Source: Bacilli bacterium
GTDB lineage: Bacteria > Bacillota_I > Bacilli_A > RF39 > UBA660
DNA length: 38,890 bases
Assembly: GCA_045580645.1 (NCBI GenBank)
Contig: JAZNOG010000026.1
Location: forward strand, 1-38,890
Reading direction: 5' to 3'
The notes below the pieces were generated by a model. That model ran no database searches and was not told the origin of the DNA. It saw only the letters and a program-made list of their open reading frames with translations. A program made the position numbers and the translations under genes. This document shows positions 27,838 through 37,450 of this stretch, piece by piece (the stretch's first letter is position 1; each line of letters starts with the position of its first letter).

Positions 27838-27867
27838 TAGAATGTGAAAATTTTGTCAAATCTATAC
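27838..27867 (-). promoter_or_regulatory. forespore (sigma-G/sigma-F type) promoter of the SASP gene
   Basis: Minus strand GTATA (27867-27863), 18 bp, then CATTCTA (27844-27838). This fits the GHATR-18-CATnnTA consensus. Confidence 0.55.
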
Positions 27868-27898
27868 ATAATTAAGAGTGGTAAAAAATTCCTATATA

Positions 27899-29080
27899 CT
27901 ATAATAAATCTTCAAAATCATTTTCATTTTTAATTTTAACTACAAATGTATTAGCAACACACTCATCAATCATTTCCTCATAATTAATAAGTTTTTCATA
28001 GAATACACATTTACTAAGTTTTGGATTTATAACAGGATGTTTTGGAACAAATATAGTGCAACAATCTTCATAAGGAAGAATACTTGTTTCATATGTTCCA
28101 ATTTTTTTAGCAATATCAATAATTTCTAACTTATCAAAACACGCTACTGGTCTTAAAACAGGTGTTTTAACAACTTCATTTATTACATTCATACTAGTTA
28201 AAGTCTGAGATGCAACTTGTCCAATACTTTCACCATTTATTAAAATAAGATGTCCATACTTTTTAGCAATTTTTTCAGATATACGATACATCATTCTTCT
28301 TAAAATGGTTATCATATAAGTAGTATCTATATTATGATAAATTTCTTCTTGTAATTTTGTAATTGGCACAACATATAAATTAAAATCAAGTGAATATTTC
28401 AAAAGTTCCTTAGCTAAACTAATAACCTTTTCTCTAGCATTTAAACTAGTATGAGGAATAGCTTCAAAATATATTGCATCAATTTTAACACCACGTTTTA
28501 AAGAAAGATATCCAGCTACTGGAGAATCAATACCACCAGATAACATTAAAAGACCTTTTCCTAAACTTCCATAAGGATATCCACCCATTCCTTTTATATC
28601 ATTAAAATAGATATAAGTTTCATCCTTATTTATCTCAATATTAACATAAATATCTGGATTTTTAACATTAACCTTAATGCCTGAAATATTCTTTAAAACA
28701 TGTCCACCAATAACATTATTAAAATCCATACTGCAAATACTAAAACTCTTATCACGACGATTAGTAACAACTTTAAAAGTTTTAAAATCAATTTCTTTTA
28801 AAAGATTTAAAACCTTTTCCTTTATATCGTCACTATTAGTATTAACCTTATACGCTAAATTAAACGCATGAATTCCAAATGTCCTTTTTAAAACACTTAA
28901 AACTTCATCTTGATAAACCTCATCAAAAGAAATATACATTCTTGCATAATCTTTAATAATTTTAACATTAAAATCTTTTAACTTTTCAGATAAATATCTA
29001 CTTAAAATATTTATAAATACTTTCCTATTATCTTTTTTAGTAGTAAGTTCTCCATACTTAATTAAAATCAAATTTTCCAT
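27899..29080 (-). CDS. thiI: tRNA 4-thiouridine synthase / sulfurtransferase ThiI
   Basis: N-terminal ferredoxin-like/THUMP region and the PP-loop LSGGIDSPVAG; ~393 aa. Confidence 0.9.
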   Translation of the reverse strand: MENLILIKYGELTTKKDNRKVFINILSRYLSEKLKDFNVKIIKDYARMYISFDEVYQDEVLSVLKRTFGIHAFNLAYKVNTNSDDIKEKVLNLLKEIDFKTFKVVTNRRDKSFSICSMDFNNVIGGHVLKNISGIKVNVKNPDIYVNIEINKDETYIYFNDIKGMGGYPYGSLGKGLLMLSGGIDSPVAGYLSLKRGVKIDAIYFEAIPHTSLNAREKVISLAKELLKYSLDFNLYVVPITKLQEEIYHNIDTTYMITILRRMMYRISEKIAKKYGHLILINGESIGQVASQTLTSMNVINEVVKTPVLRPVACFDKLEIIDIAKKIGTYETSILPYEDCCTIFVPKHPVINPKLSKCVFYEKLINYEEMIDECVANTFVVKIKNENDFEDLL

Positions 29081-29115
29081 ACAATCACCTTAAAAAAATA
29101 AGCATTTGCTTATTT

Positions 29116-30375
29116 TTAATTATTTTCTTTTAAGAAATCTATTGTTTTTCTAACTTCCATTTCATACATTAAGATATCTAAATCACCATATGCTTTTAAG
29201 AATTCTTCTTTAGACATATTATATTTTTCAGCCATATCTTCTGCTTCTTTATCCGCTTCTTCTTTGGTTACAACAATATTTTCTTTATTCTTAATTTCTT
29301 CAATTATAAATCTATATAAAACATGATTTTTTGCTTCTTCTTTCATTTGATCTCTTAAATCAGCTTCAGTAGACTTAGTCATTTCATAGAATACTTCTAA
29401 AGAAATACCTTGCATTCTAATTTGCCCTTCAAATCTTTTAACTAAACTATTTATTTCTTCTTCAATTAATTCTTCTGGAATATCAACAGTAGTATTTTTT
29501 GCTATTTCTTTTAATAGTTCATCTATATAAGCATTTTCACTATCCATTTCTTTATTAGCTTTAATATTTTCTTCTACTTCTTTTTCTAAAGTTTCTCTAG
29601 AATTAACACCTTCAATTCCCAAATCTTCAAAGAAATCTTCATCAAGTTCACGAGTAACCTTTTCCTTAATTTCATTTACTTTAACTTTAAATACAACTGG
29701 TTGTCCTTTTAAATCTTCAGCATGATAATCTTCTGGGAAAGTAACATTGATATCCTTTTCTTCATCCTTTTTCATTCCTACTAATTGTTCTTCAAAACCT
29801 GGAATAAATGTATTTGAACCAATAGTTAGAGAATAATTTTCACCTTTACCGCCTTCAAATGCTACTCCATCTTTAAATCCTTCAAAATCAATAACGGCAA
29901 CATCACCAGTTTCTACTGTTCCTTCTTCTTTAATAGATAATTCTGTATATCTTTCAAGAATATGTCCAATTTCATGTTCAATTTCTTCTTTAGAAACCTT
30001 TACTTCTTCTTTTTTTACTTTTAAACCCTTATATTTTTTAATTTCAATTTCAGGCATAGTTGTAATAGTAAACAAAAATTCAACACCTTGATCACTTAAA
30101 GATTTTAAATCTACTCTTGGTTCAATGATAGGTTTTAAATCATTTTCATTAAATACTCTGTCATATGCTTCAGGCAATAATTCATTTACTGCATCCATAT
30201 ATAATGATTCTTTACCATTTCTTTTAAAATATACATCTTTTGGAACTTTACCTTTTCTAAAACCATCAAGTTCAATTTTATCTTTTTTCTTATCAAATGC
30301 TTTATCAATTGCATTATCTAATTCTTCTTTATTAAAACTTATAACTACTTCATGAATATTTTTTTTATTTTCCAT
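29116..30375 (-). CDS. tig: trigger factor
   Basis: GFRKGKVP ribosome-binding signature, a central FKBP PPIase domain and an acidic C-terminal arm. Start at the ATG at 30375 after GAGGAG. Confidence 0.95.
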   Translation of the reverse strand: MENKKNIHEVVISFNKEELDNAIDKAFDKKKDKIELDGFRKGKVPKDVYFKRNGKESLYMDAVNELLPEAYDRVFNENDLKPIIEPRVDLKSLSDQGVEFLFTITTMPEIEIKKYKGLKVKKEEVKVSKEEIEHEIGHILERYTELSIKEEGTVETGDVAVIDFEGFKDGVAFEGGKGENYSLTIGSNTFIPGFEEQLVGMKKDEEKDINVTFPEDYHAEDLKGQPVVFKVKVNEIKEKVTRELDEDFFEDLGIEGVNSRETLEKEVEENIKANKEMDSENAYIDELLKEIAKNTTVDIPEELIEEEINSLVKRFEGQIRMQGISLEVFYEMTKSTEADLRDQMKEEAKNHVLYRFIIEEIKNKENIVVTKEEADKEAEDMAEKYNMSKEEFLKAYGDLDILMYEMEVRKTIDFLKENN

Positions 30376-30402
30376 ATTAATCCATCTCCTCTTTTCCCTA
30401 AT

Positions 30403-30431
30403 ATTATACAATAACACTTTTTAATTAGCAA
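30403..30431 (-). promoter_or_regulatory. sigma-A-type promoter of tig
   Basis: Minus strand TTGCTA (30431-30426), 17 bp, then TATAAT (30408-30403). Confidence 0.55.
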
Positions 30432-30442
30432 GAAATATTTTT

Positions 30443-30467
30443 AAAGAAAAAAGACCCACAAGGATCT
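30443..30467 (-). terminator. intrinsic terminator of greA
   Basis: Minus strand AGAUCC-UUGU-GGGUCU followed by a U-run. The stem includes the greA stop codon. Confidence 0.6.
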
Positions 30468-30936
30468 ATTTAATATCAATTACTTTTATCTCATAACTTC
30501 CATTAGGACTTTCAACAGATACAACATCTCCTACTTTATGTCCCATTAAAGCTACTGCTATTGGAGATTCATTAGAAATTTTACTTTCAAATGGATCAGC
30601 TTCTTGACTACCAACTATTTTATATTCATCAGTTTCATCTTCTTCATCAATATAAGAAATAGTTACAGTATTACCTACCCCTACTTTTCCAGTTTCAACT
30701 TCTTCAATAATAGTAACATCTTCTAAAATAGCTTCTAACTTCTTAATTTTAGCTTCTATTTCAGCTTGTTCATTTCTAGCAGCATCATAATCTGCATTTT
30801 CCGATAAATCACCAAGTGCTCTAGCTTCCTTAATTGCATTAACATTTTCAGGTCTAGCTACATTTATCAAATAATTTAATTCTTCTTTTATTTCTTCAAA
30901 TCCTTCTTTAGTAAGGAAAATTGGTTTTTTATTCAT
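30466..30936 (-). CDS. greA: transcription elongation factor GreA
   Basis: Coiled-coil N-terminal domain with GDLSENADYDAAR, and a C-terminal FKBP-like domain (SPIAVALMGHKVGD). Confidence 0.95.
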   Translation of the reverse strand: MNKKPIFLTKEGFEEIKEELNYLINVARPENVNAIKEARALGDLSENADYDAARNEQAEIEAKIKKLEAILEDVTIIEEVETGKVGVGNTVTISYIDEEDETDEYKIVGSQEADPFESKISNESPIAVALMGHKVGDVVSVESPNGSYEIKVIDIK

Positions 30937-30972
30937 TATTTCTTCACCTCATATAAAATTAAGTTCCTCAAA

Positions 30973-31001
30973 AGGATACCATTTTTTTGGATTTTTGTCA
31001 A
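30973..31001 (-). promoter_or_regulatory. sigma-A-type promoter of greA
   Basis: Minus strand TTGACA (31001-30996), 17 bp, then TGgTATCCT (-10 at 30978-30973). Confidence 0.5.
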
Positions 31002-31079
31002 GTCTTACACCCGTTTTAAGTGTAAACATAGTAATATATAATATGCTAATAAATAAAATAATAACCAAAAACTAAAAAG

Positions 31080-31679
31080 TTAAATTCTTTTTTCAGTTAC
31101 TGAAAGACCATCACCTATATCGTAGAAAGTCGTCTTATATTTTATATTATCATCCAAAAACATAATATAATTTCTAATTTTCTTAACTAAAGATCTTAAA
31201 TTTCTATTTTCAATTTCACTTAAATCTTTCTTTACATAACCATGAAAACTCAAATTATCAGTAATAATTGTTCCTTTATTATTTAAATTCTTTTCAAAAT
31301 GATTAAAGAAATCCAAATTCTTACTTTTAGCAGCATCAATCAAAATCAAATCAAATTTTTCTTTAAACTTAACATCTAAAGCATCTTTATAAATTAAAGT
31401 TATTCTGTCTTCTAAATGTAACTTCTTAACATTTTTAACTGCTTCCAAATACCTATCTTGATCTTTTTCAATAGAAACAACTGTAACATTTGGATTAGTA
31501 AGAGCCATCATAATCGCAGAATATCCTATCGCAGTTCCTATTTCCAATATTGTTTTAACTTTTTTCTTAATAATATAAGAAGTTAAAAAATCAATACTTT
31601 CATCTACCATAATAGGAACTTTATTATCTAAAGCATACTTTTTAATCTCCGTAATATCCTTATATATTTGTTCTACCAT
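31080..31679 (-). CDS. trmR: class I SAM-dependent O-methyltransferase, YrrM/TrmR-like
   Basis: The SAM-binding region ILEIGTAIGYSA...DLILIDAAK, and the position after mltG as in Bacillus yrrL-yrrM. Start at the ATG at 31679. Confidence 0.7.
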   Translation of the reverse strand: MVEQIYKDITEIKKYALDNKVPIMVDESIDFLTSYIIKKKVKTILEIGTAIGYSAIMMALTNPNVTVVSIEKDQDRYLEAVKNVKKLHLEDRITLIYKDALDVKFKEKFDLILIDAAKSKNLDFFNHFEKNLNNKGTIITDNLSFHGYVKKDLSEIENRNLRSLVKKIRNYIMFLDDNIKYKTTFYDIGDGLSVTEKRI

Positions 31680-32773
31680 TCTAACCACAATCCTTCATTT
31701 TGTAACTTTTCTTGCATATTAACATGTTCACTATAAGATTTAGTAAAATATAACTTATTATTTTTATCTGAAACAAAATAATAATAATCTGTTTTTATAG
31801 GCTTAATAACGGCAACAATTGCATCTTCTCCCGGAAGACTAACTGGTCCTACTGGCATTAAAACAGCACCATCTCCACGTGTATTATAAGCATTAACCGC
31901 ATCAATATCACTTTGATATAGCTCATCAGTCATATCTTTTTTTACTCCATAATAAGAAGTAACACAACTACCAAAAGGCATATTACTATTTAGCCTATTA
32001 TAAAAGACACTTGCTATTTTTTTAAAATCATCTTTTGTAAATCCTTCTGACTGAGTAACAGATGAAATAGTTAAAAGTTCATGCACGCTATAAGAAGACT
32101 TTTCAATCTCAGTTTTATATTTAGATAAAACCTCATCCATCCTATCTAGCATAACCTCAAATATTTCTTCCACTGTCGCATCTTTTCCACTTATATAATA
32201 AGTATCAGGATATAAATAACCCTCTAAAGAATAATATATTTTACTATTTTTAACATCTTTTGTTATAAACCAATATTTATTAATTAAACTATCTAAATAC
32301 TTTTTATCTTTTAATTTATTCATAACATCTTTATAACTATTATCAGTATTTTTATCAATCAAAGATGCTACTTGTCTCATATTTAGTCCTTCTTTAAAAG
32401 TAATGGATATTTGATTAGTATTTGCGCCTCCTAATAATAAAACATCCACTATTTTTGAAACATTCATATTATAATTAAATCTATATGAAGCAGCATAAAT
32501 ATTATCAATACCCTTAACTTTTAAATATAAAACAAAAAACTTTTCATTTCTAATTAAATCTTTTTCTTTCAAAATAGATGCAATATCATAATAACTAGAA
32601 CCACTAGGAATTACTACATCTATATTTTTATTCTCATTATTTACTGGACTATAAAAATAATAACAAATCCCAAAAATAACAAATAAAATAAACAATAAAG
32701 ATAAACCAAATACTAAAAATAATATTTTTTTCTTAATTTTCTTTTTATTTTTCTTTTTTTTATTACTTTTCAT
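31673..32773 (-). CDS. mltG: endolytic murein transglycosylase MltG (YceG family)
   Basis: N-terminal TM anchor and YceG motifs (LEGYLYPDTY, ASVFYNRL, YNTR...PVGPVSLPG). Start is uncertain: ATG at 32773 is preferred over the TTG at 32818. Confidence 0.85.
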   Translation of the reverse strand: MKSNKKKKNKKKIKKKILFLVFGLSLLFILFVIFGICYYFYSPVNNENKNIDVVIPSGSSYYDIASILKEKDLIRNEKFFVLYLKVKGIDNIYAASYRFNYNMNVSKIVDVLLLGGANTNQISITFKEGLNMRQVASLIDKNTDNSYKDVMNKLKDKKYLDSLINKYWFITKDVKNSKIYYSLEGYLYPDTYYISGKDATVEEIFEVMLDRMDEVLSKYKTEIEKSSYSVHELLTISSVTQSEGFTKDDFKKIASVFYNRLNSNMPFGSCVTSYYGVKKDMTDELYQSDIDAVNAYNTRGDGAVLMPVGPVSLPGEDAIVAVIKPIKTDYYYFVSDKNNKLYFTKSYSEHVNMQEKLQNEGLWLEW

Positions 32774-33062
32774 CAGTTTTTCCAGTTTCTTCTTGTAATA
32801 CTCTAAGAGCAGTCTCAATTACTTTCCATTCTTTTTCTGTAGTAATAGGTTCAAGTTTCATATATTCTCCTTCTTGAGTAACAATTGAACCATAAGCCTT
32901 TAAATTACCATTTTCATCTGGTTCATTATCCGTATAAGCAAGATAATGCTTACCTGTTTCATTTGAATCAAATTCCAATAACTTATAAAACGTTTTTTGT
33001 TCACCATTTTCGTTAAATCCAACAAACATATCATCTCTTAATTCTTGTTTTTCTTTTTCCAT
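32763..33062 (-). CDS. DUF1292-family protein (YrzB-like)
   Basis: Acidic ~100-aa protein with F..L..F......YL.Y...E....G.....Y. Synteny between ruvX and mltG. Confidence 0.7.
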   Translation of the reverse strand: MEKEKQELRDDMFVGFNENGEQKTFYKLLEFDSNETGKHYLAYTDNEPDENGNLKAYGSIVTQEGEYMKLEPITTEKEWKVIETALRVLQEETGKTDEK

Positions 33063-33063
33063 T

Positions 33064-33477
33064 TTATTTTTCCTTTCTATCTAAATAAGATTGAAGTATA
33101 ACAACCGCTGAAACCCCATCTATTACTTTCTTTCTTTTTTTTCTTGTTAAATTTGCACTTATTAACATATCTTGTGCAACCTTAGTAGTAAGTCTTTCAT
33201 CTTCTAAAATTACTTCTTTTTGAGTAAGTTCCTCTAATTTTTCCTTAAATAAAATTGTATCTTTTGCTCTATCACCACAAGTATTATTCATATTCTTAGG
33301 AAGTCCTAAAACTATTTTTTCTACTCCTTCATTCTTAACAATTTCATTAACTGAAATAAGTAATTTATCTACATCATCATATGTTAAATTATCATAAAAA
33401 GAAGCAACTATTCCAAGCTTATCAGATAAAGATACACCTAAAGTTTTAGTGCCTAAATCAAGTCCTAAATATCTCAC
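33064..33477 (-). CDS. ruvX: putative pre-16S rRNA nuclease / Holliday-junction-resolvase-like YqgF (RuvX)
   Basis: MRYLGLDLGTKTLGVS start, DERLTT, and AAVILQSYL-type C-terminus. Confidence 0.9.
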   Translation of the reverse strand: MRYLGLDLGTKTLGVSLSDKLGIVASFYDNLTYDDVDKLLISVNEIVKNEGVEKIVLGLPKNMNNTCGDRAKDTILFKEKLEELTQKEVILEDERLTTKVAQDMLISANLTRKKRKKVIDGVSAVVILQSYLDRKEK

Positions 33478-33737
33478 TGTATATCCCTCAAATAATCTTT
33501 TAAAAGTGCTTCAAGTATCTCATCACGACTAATTTTAGATAACTTATTCTTAGAATCCTTATAATCTGTAATGTAAGATAAATCACCATTTAAAAGATAT
33601 CCTACTATTTGATCTATTCCACAAAAACCTTGTTCATCCAAGGCATTTTTAACATTTAACAAAGTCTCAGTAATCATATAATTTTCTTTTTTATCAAAAT
33701 TGTATACAATAACATCTTCTTTTACCAAAATTTTCAC
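33474..33737 (-). CDS. ireB: IreB/YrzL-family regulatory protein (UPF0297)
   Basis: The QIVGYLLNGDLSYIT...R core fits the family; ~85 aa. Precise start uncertain (GTG at 33737 or TTG at 33728 after GAGGTG). Confidence 0.8.
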   Translation of the reverse strand: MKILVKEDVIVYNFDKKENYMITETLLNVKNALDEQGFCGIDQIVGYLLNGDLSYITDYKDSKNKLSKISRDEILEALLKDYLRDIQ

Positions 33738-33791
33738 CTCTTATAAATATACAATACATATTCTAACATTTTTTTTATAACTTAGCAACAA

Positions 33792-33823
33792 CAAAAAAGA
33801 GATTAACCTTAAATTAATCTCTT
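33792..33823 (-). terminator. intrinsic terminator of the 325-aa orphan gene
   Basis: A 10-bp stem, AAGAGAUUAA / UUAAUCUCUU, followed on the minus strand by a U-run. Confidence 0.75.
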
Positions 33824-33832
33824 ATATATTAA

Positions 33833-34810
33833 TTAAAAACCTCTTCTTATTCTAGAAATATTTGCCTTAGTATATGGATGAACCACTCCAGATTTTACCT
33901 CTTTACCTAAAGATTCTAAAATTACACCCTCATATACTTCAATAGTCGTATGTTTAGCATGAAAAACATTATTGTTATTTCTTACCCCATCAGCATCTAA
34001 GCTTAATATTTCAAGAGTTTTTAAAGTAATATTTTCATCAGTAATTTTTTCATTAAAAGAACAAATCTTTGTAAAATTAGTCCCACTTACAGGTTCAATA
34101 ATTAAACAACTTGAATCATCAAAATTATAAGCGTAAGCCCTATATGCAAGTTTATTGCTTTTTTTACTTATACAATTACAAATAGCAACTGGATTATGAC
34201 TATCTAAAATCCTAAATCTTTCTTCTTCACCTAAAATAGAATATTTTCTTTCTGGTGCGTGACCTCCCCTAGATATTCTATGAGAATTACTAGTGGTTTC
34301 AACTTCATCATACATAACAAAACTTTCATTTGGTCTTATAGATTCAAGATATTCTTCTTGTAAATATCCAATATATAAACAAAATCTTCTAGCGGCATCT
34401 CTATATAAATCATTAACACTTTCTACTTCATCATATGGCTTAATAAATCTGTTATCAATACCACGTATTTGATTCATATAAGAATTATGATCAATCTCAG
34501 TTGCTTCTCTTAAAATATGTCCTTCAGATACCTTATATCCTCTCATATCTGACTTATCATATAATAAATAATCATTAAATACTAACAAAATACTATGACC
34601 ATCATTAGCGCTTAAATAAGCTTTCCCGTTTTTATCAAATTCAATGAAATAATTCATAGTATTAGGATTAACCAATTTGGATTTAACCTTCATAACATTA
34701 AAAATTGCATCTTTAATACTGCCAGGAATAACCCTTTCATCAATAGGTATATATGGTAATGTAATATTATTCTCCTCAATAAATTTTTGAATCACTTGTA
34801 AAAATGACAT
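33833..34810 (-). CDS. hypothetical protein (325 aa), no recognisable family
   Basis: Start at the ATG at 34810 after AAAGGGGG. The track's upstream extension starts before the predicted transcription start. Monocistronic, with its own promoter and terminator. Confidence 0.6.
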   Translation of the reverse strand: MSFLQVIQKFIEENNITLPYIPIDERVIPGSIKDAIFNVMKVKSKLVNPNTMNYFIEFDKNGKAYLSANDGHSILLVFNDYLLYDKSDMRGYKVSEGHILREATEIDHNSYMNQIRGIDNRFIKPYDEVESVNDLYRDAARRFCLYIGYLQEEYLESIRPNESFVMYDEVETTSNSHRISRGGHAPERKYSILGEEERFRILDSHNPVAICNCISKKSNKLAYRAYAYNFDDSSCLIIEPVSGTNFTKICSFNEKITDENITLKTLEILSLDADGVRNNNNVFHAKHTTIEVYEGVILESLGKEVKSGVVHPYTKANISRIRRGF

Positions 34811-34838
34811 ATAAATTCCCCCTTTTATTAAATAAAAA

Positions 34839-34889
34839 TCCCATTGTATAAACAATGAGAAAGCAAAGTCATAAACAACCCCCATTGTT
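34839..34889 (-). promoter_or_regulatory. 5' leader with mutually exclusive terminator/antiterminator hairpins
   Basis: Three segments: (1) AACAAUGGGGG at 34889-34879, (2) UCUCAUUGUU at 34860-34851, (3) ACAAUGGGA at 34847-34839. Segments 2 and 3 form a 9-bp stem with a UUAU loop, followed by UUUUUAUUU. Segments 1 and 2 can pair instead (7 Watson-Crick pairs plus G-C and G.U extensions). Confidence 0.45.
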
Positions 34890-34902
34890 AATAACTGCAC
34901 AC

Positions 34903-34931
34903 ATTATAACACAAATATTTGCATTTGTCAA
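34903..34931 (-). promoter_or_regulatory. consensus sigma-A promoter of the 325-aa orphan gene
   Basis: Minus strand TTGACA (34931-34926), 17 bp ending in TGt, then TATAAT (34908-34903). Confidence 0.7.
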
Positions 34932-34932
34932 A

Positions 34933-36075
34933 CTAACCAGTAACAACCACAAAATTCATTATTATTAAAAATATAAAATACATTAAAGTAAATATAATTC
35001 CATTAACTTTATCACCAATTGTTCCTTTTGATTTTATACCAAAAGCCATAGTCATCAAAAAACCACCAACTAAACCACCAATATGTGCAAAATTATCTAC
35101 TGATGGAATCATAAAACCAAATAATAAATTTATTAAAACAATTGGTAAAATTTGTCTAACTAAAGTATTACCAAGATATACTCTAAAATTATAACCAAAA
35201 TAAAGTAAAGCTCCAAGTATACCAAATATTGCACCACTTGCCCCAACACTTACTCCATCAATATTAAGAAGTATTGATAAAAGACTTGCAGTAATCGCAC
35301 TAAAAATATAAATACTTAAAAATTTAAACTTTCCAAAAAAACTTTCAGCTTGACTTCCAAGAACATATAAAGCATACATATTAAAGAAAATATGAAATAT
35401 ATCTGCATGCAAAAATGCACCACTTAAAAGCCTATAATACTCTCCCATTCTAATATATGGTCCATAAACCGCAAAAGTATTGATTAAAAAACTATCAAGT
35501 CCAAAAAACTTTTGTAAAACAAAAACTAAAACATTTAAAATAATAAGAGTATATGTAATAACAGGTTTCTTAGGAGTGAAAATCTTATCAACCATTTCTG
35601 CCTCCTTTTTATTTTTTTGATTTATATCATCTGTTATCTTTAAAAACAAACTAACACCTTCTTCATTAAATGTTAACTTTTTATCTATATCAGGAAAATA
35701 TTGATACAAAAAATCATATTTTTTAATATCACTTTCATCTTCCAAATAAATACAATCAACATCTTTATTATTTGATAAAGAAACATTATCCCCCAAATCC
35801 ATAAATATAGACAAAACCCTAACTTTAAAATTAAAAGTTTTCTTCTTAATATTTTTTACTATTCTATTAGTTTTAAATAAATCAAAACCAAATTGCTCAT
35901 TATTATGAATATAATTAGAAACTATTCTAACAATCTTATAATCCTCATCCATATTTTCAAGCCAAATTTCATTTTCAACTCCATGCAAAATAACAGGATT
36001 ATAGTTTTTTTCTGTAATAAAATAATGTAATAATTTCATAACTATTTCATCTTTTTTATTCACATTAATTTCCAT
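34933..36075 (-). CDS. rhomboid-family intramembrane serine protease with N-terminal cytoplasmic domain (GluP/YqgP-like)
   Basis: GASGAIFG catalytic Ser motif and AHIGGLVGG catalytic His motif, with 6-7 TM helices in the C-terminal half. Confidence 0.85.
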   Translation of the reverse strand: MEINVNKKDEIVMKLLHYFITEKNYNPVILHGVENEIWLENMDEDYKIVRIVSNYIHNNEQFGFDLFKTNRIVKNIKKKTFNFKVRVLSIFMDLGDNVSLSNNKDVDCIYLEDESDIKKYDFLYQYFPDIDKKLTFNEEGVSLFLKITDDINQKNKKEAEMVDKIFTPKKPVITYTLIILNVLVFVLQKFFGLDSFLINTFAVYGPYIRMGEYYRLLSGAFLHADIFHIFFNMYALYVLGSQAESFFGKFKFLSIYIFSAITASLLSILLNIDGVSVGASGAIFGILGALLYFGYNFRVYLGNTLVRQILPIVLINLLFGFMIPSVDNFAHIGGLVGGFLMTMAFGIKSKGTIGDKVNGIIFTLMYFIFLIIMNFVVVTG

Positions 36076-36126
36076 TTATACTCACCTCACATAATAATAA
36101 ATATTAACACAAATATGTTAAAAAGT

Positions 36127-37011
36127 CTATTCAAAATAACTTAAAATATCTAAAAACTCTTTTGGTGGACGTGCAGTATAATAAAGTTCTACATTTGTAA
36201 TAGGATGAATAAACTTAATACTTGTAGAATGAAGCATTTGTTCAAAATCATTAAATAACTTCCTATTACCATAAACAGGATCATTTACAATAGGATGATT
36301 TATATAATCCATATGAACCCTTATTTGATGAGTTCTTCCAGTTTCAAGCTTACATTCTAATAAAGTAGCATCTTTAAATCTTTTTAAAACCCTAAAATGC
36401 GTAACAGAATTTTTACTATTAACACTAGTAACAGCATATTTTTGCCTATTATTTAAATCTCTTCCAATTGGAGCATCAATTGTGCCTTTTTCATGTCCCA
36501 AAACTCCCCATACAAGTGCCAAATACTTTCTTTCAATCTTCTTATCCTTAATCATATTAGCAAGTTTATCATGAACAATATCATTTTTAGCAACAACCAT
36601 TAGTCCACTAGTGCCCTTATCAAGTCTATGAACAATTCCAGGTCTAATAGAATTTTCCTTACTAACATTATTAAAATGATATAAAAGTCCATTAACTAAA
36701 GTTCCACTATGATTACCAACTGCAGGATGAACTACAATTCCACTTTTTTTATTTATAATAGCTAAATATTCATCTTCATAAACTATATCAAGGTCCATTT
36801 CTTCAGGAATAATATCTGTTACTTCTTCTTCTATTTCCCCTATTGTAATAACATCATTTTCCTTTAATACATAACTAGAACTTACGACCTTTCCATTTAC
36901 TAAAACCAGTTCTTCTTTAATTAACTTTTGAATCTTGCTTCTAGAATAATCTAAATTTTCACCCAAAAACTTATCAATTCTAACACTACCTACATTTACT
37001 TCTATTTTCAT
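36127..37011 (-). CDS. rluD: RluA-family 23S rRNA pseudouridine synthase (RluD-like)
   Basis: N-terminal S4 domain, catalytic HRLDKGTSG and the RTHQIRVH motif. Confidence 0.9.
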   Translation of the reverse strand: MKIEVNVGSVRIDKFLGENLDYSRSKIQKLIKEELVLVNGKVVSSSYVLKENDVITIGEIEEEVTDIIPEEMDLDIVYEDEYLAIINKKSGIVVHPAVGNHSGTLVNGLLYHFNNVSKENSIRPGIVHRLDKGTSGLMVVAKNDIVHDKLANMIKDKKIERKYLALVWGVLGHEKGTIDAPIGRDLNNRQKYAVTSVNSKNSVTHFRVLKRFKDATLLECKLETGRTHQIRVHMDYINHPIVNDPVYGNRKLFNDFEQMLHSTSIKFIHPITNVELYYTARPPKEFLDILSYFE

Positions 37012-37450
37012 TTATTTCACCTCTTACCATATCAAATATAATTAAAAATGTAGAAACACATATAAATATATCCGCTAAATTAAAAACTGGAAATTTATAA
37101 CCAAAAATATTAAAACTTAAAAAATCAATTACTTCACCATATACTATTCTATCAAATAAATTACCAATAATTCCACTAATTAAAATCATATAACAAATAT
37201 TTTGAAACCTAGATAAATTATCCTTAAGTAAATACTTAAATATATAAAACAATACCACAAAAGCAATCAAAATAAATATTAAAGAATAACCCTTGCCTAT
37301 AGAAAAAGCAGCACCTGTATTCTTAATCAAAACTATTTTAAAAAAATTGGGAATAACAGTAATTATTCTATCTAAACCCAAAACTAATCTTTTACTAAAA
37401 AAATCTAATAAAAAACATATAATAATCCCAATATAAAAACCTTTCTTCAT
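36986..37450 (-). CDS. lspA: lipoprotein signal peptidase II
   Basis: NTGAAFS and FNLADIFI motifs; 4 TM helices. Start at the ATG at 37450 after AGGTGAT. Overlaps the rluD start. Confidence 0.9.
   Translation of the reverse strand: MKKGFYIGIIICFLLDFFSKRLVLGLDRIITVIPNFFKIVLIKNTGAAFSIGKGYSLIFILIAFVVLFYIFKYLLKDNLSRFQNICYMILISGIIGNLFDRIVYGEVIDFLSFNIFGYKFPVFNLADIFICVSTFLIIFDMVRGEINENRSKCR

Noticed and set aside
30996-31030. The hairpin TTACAC-loop-GTGTAA between trmR and greA as a terminator.
   Set aside because: No U-run follows it on either strand. It abuts the greA -35 box, so it may be incidental.
34811-34900. The N-terminal 30-codon extension of the 325-aa ORF (track start 34900), and the same stretch read as a leader peptide.
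   Set aside because: The extension begins upstream of the predicted transcription start and has no SD. The ATG at 34810 has a strong AAAGGGGG SD. The internal AUG at 34885 lacks an SD and simply runs in frame into the gene.
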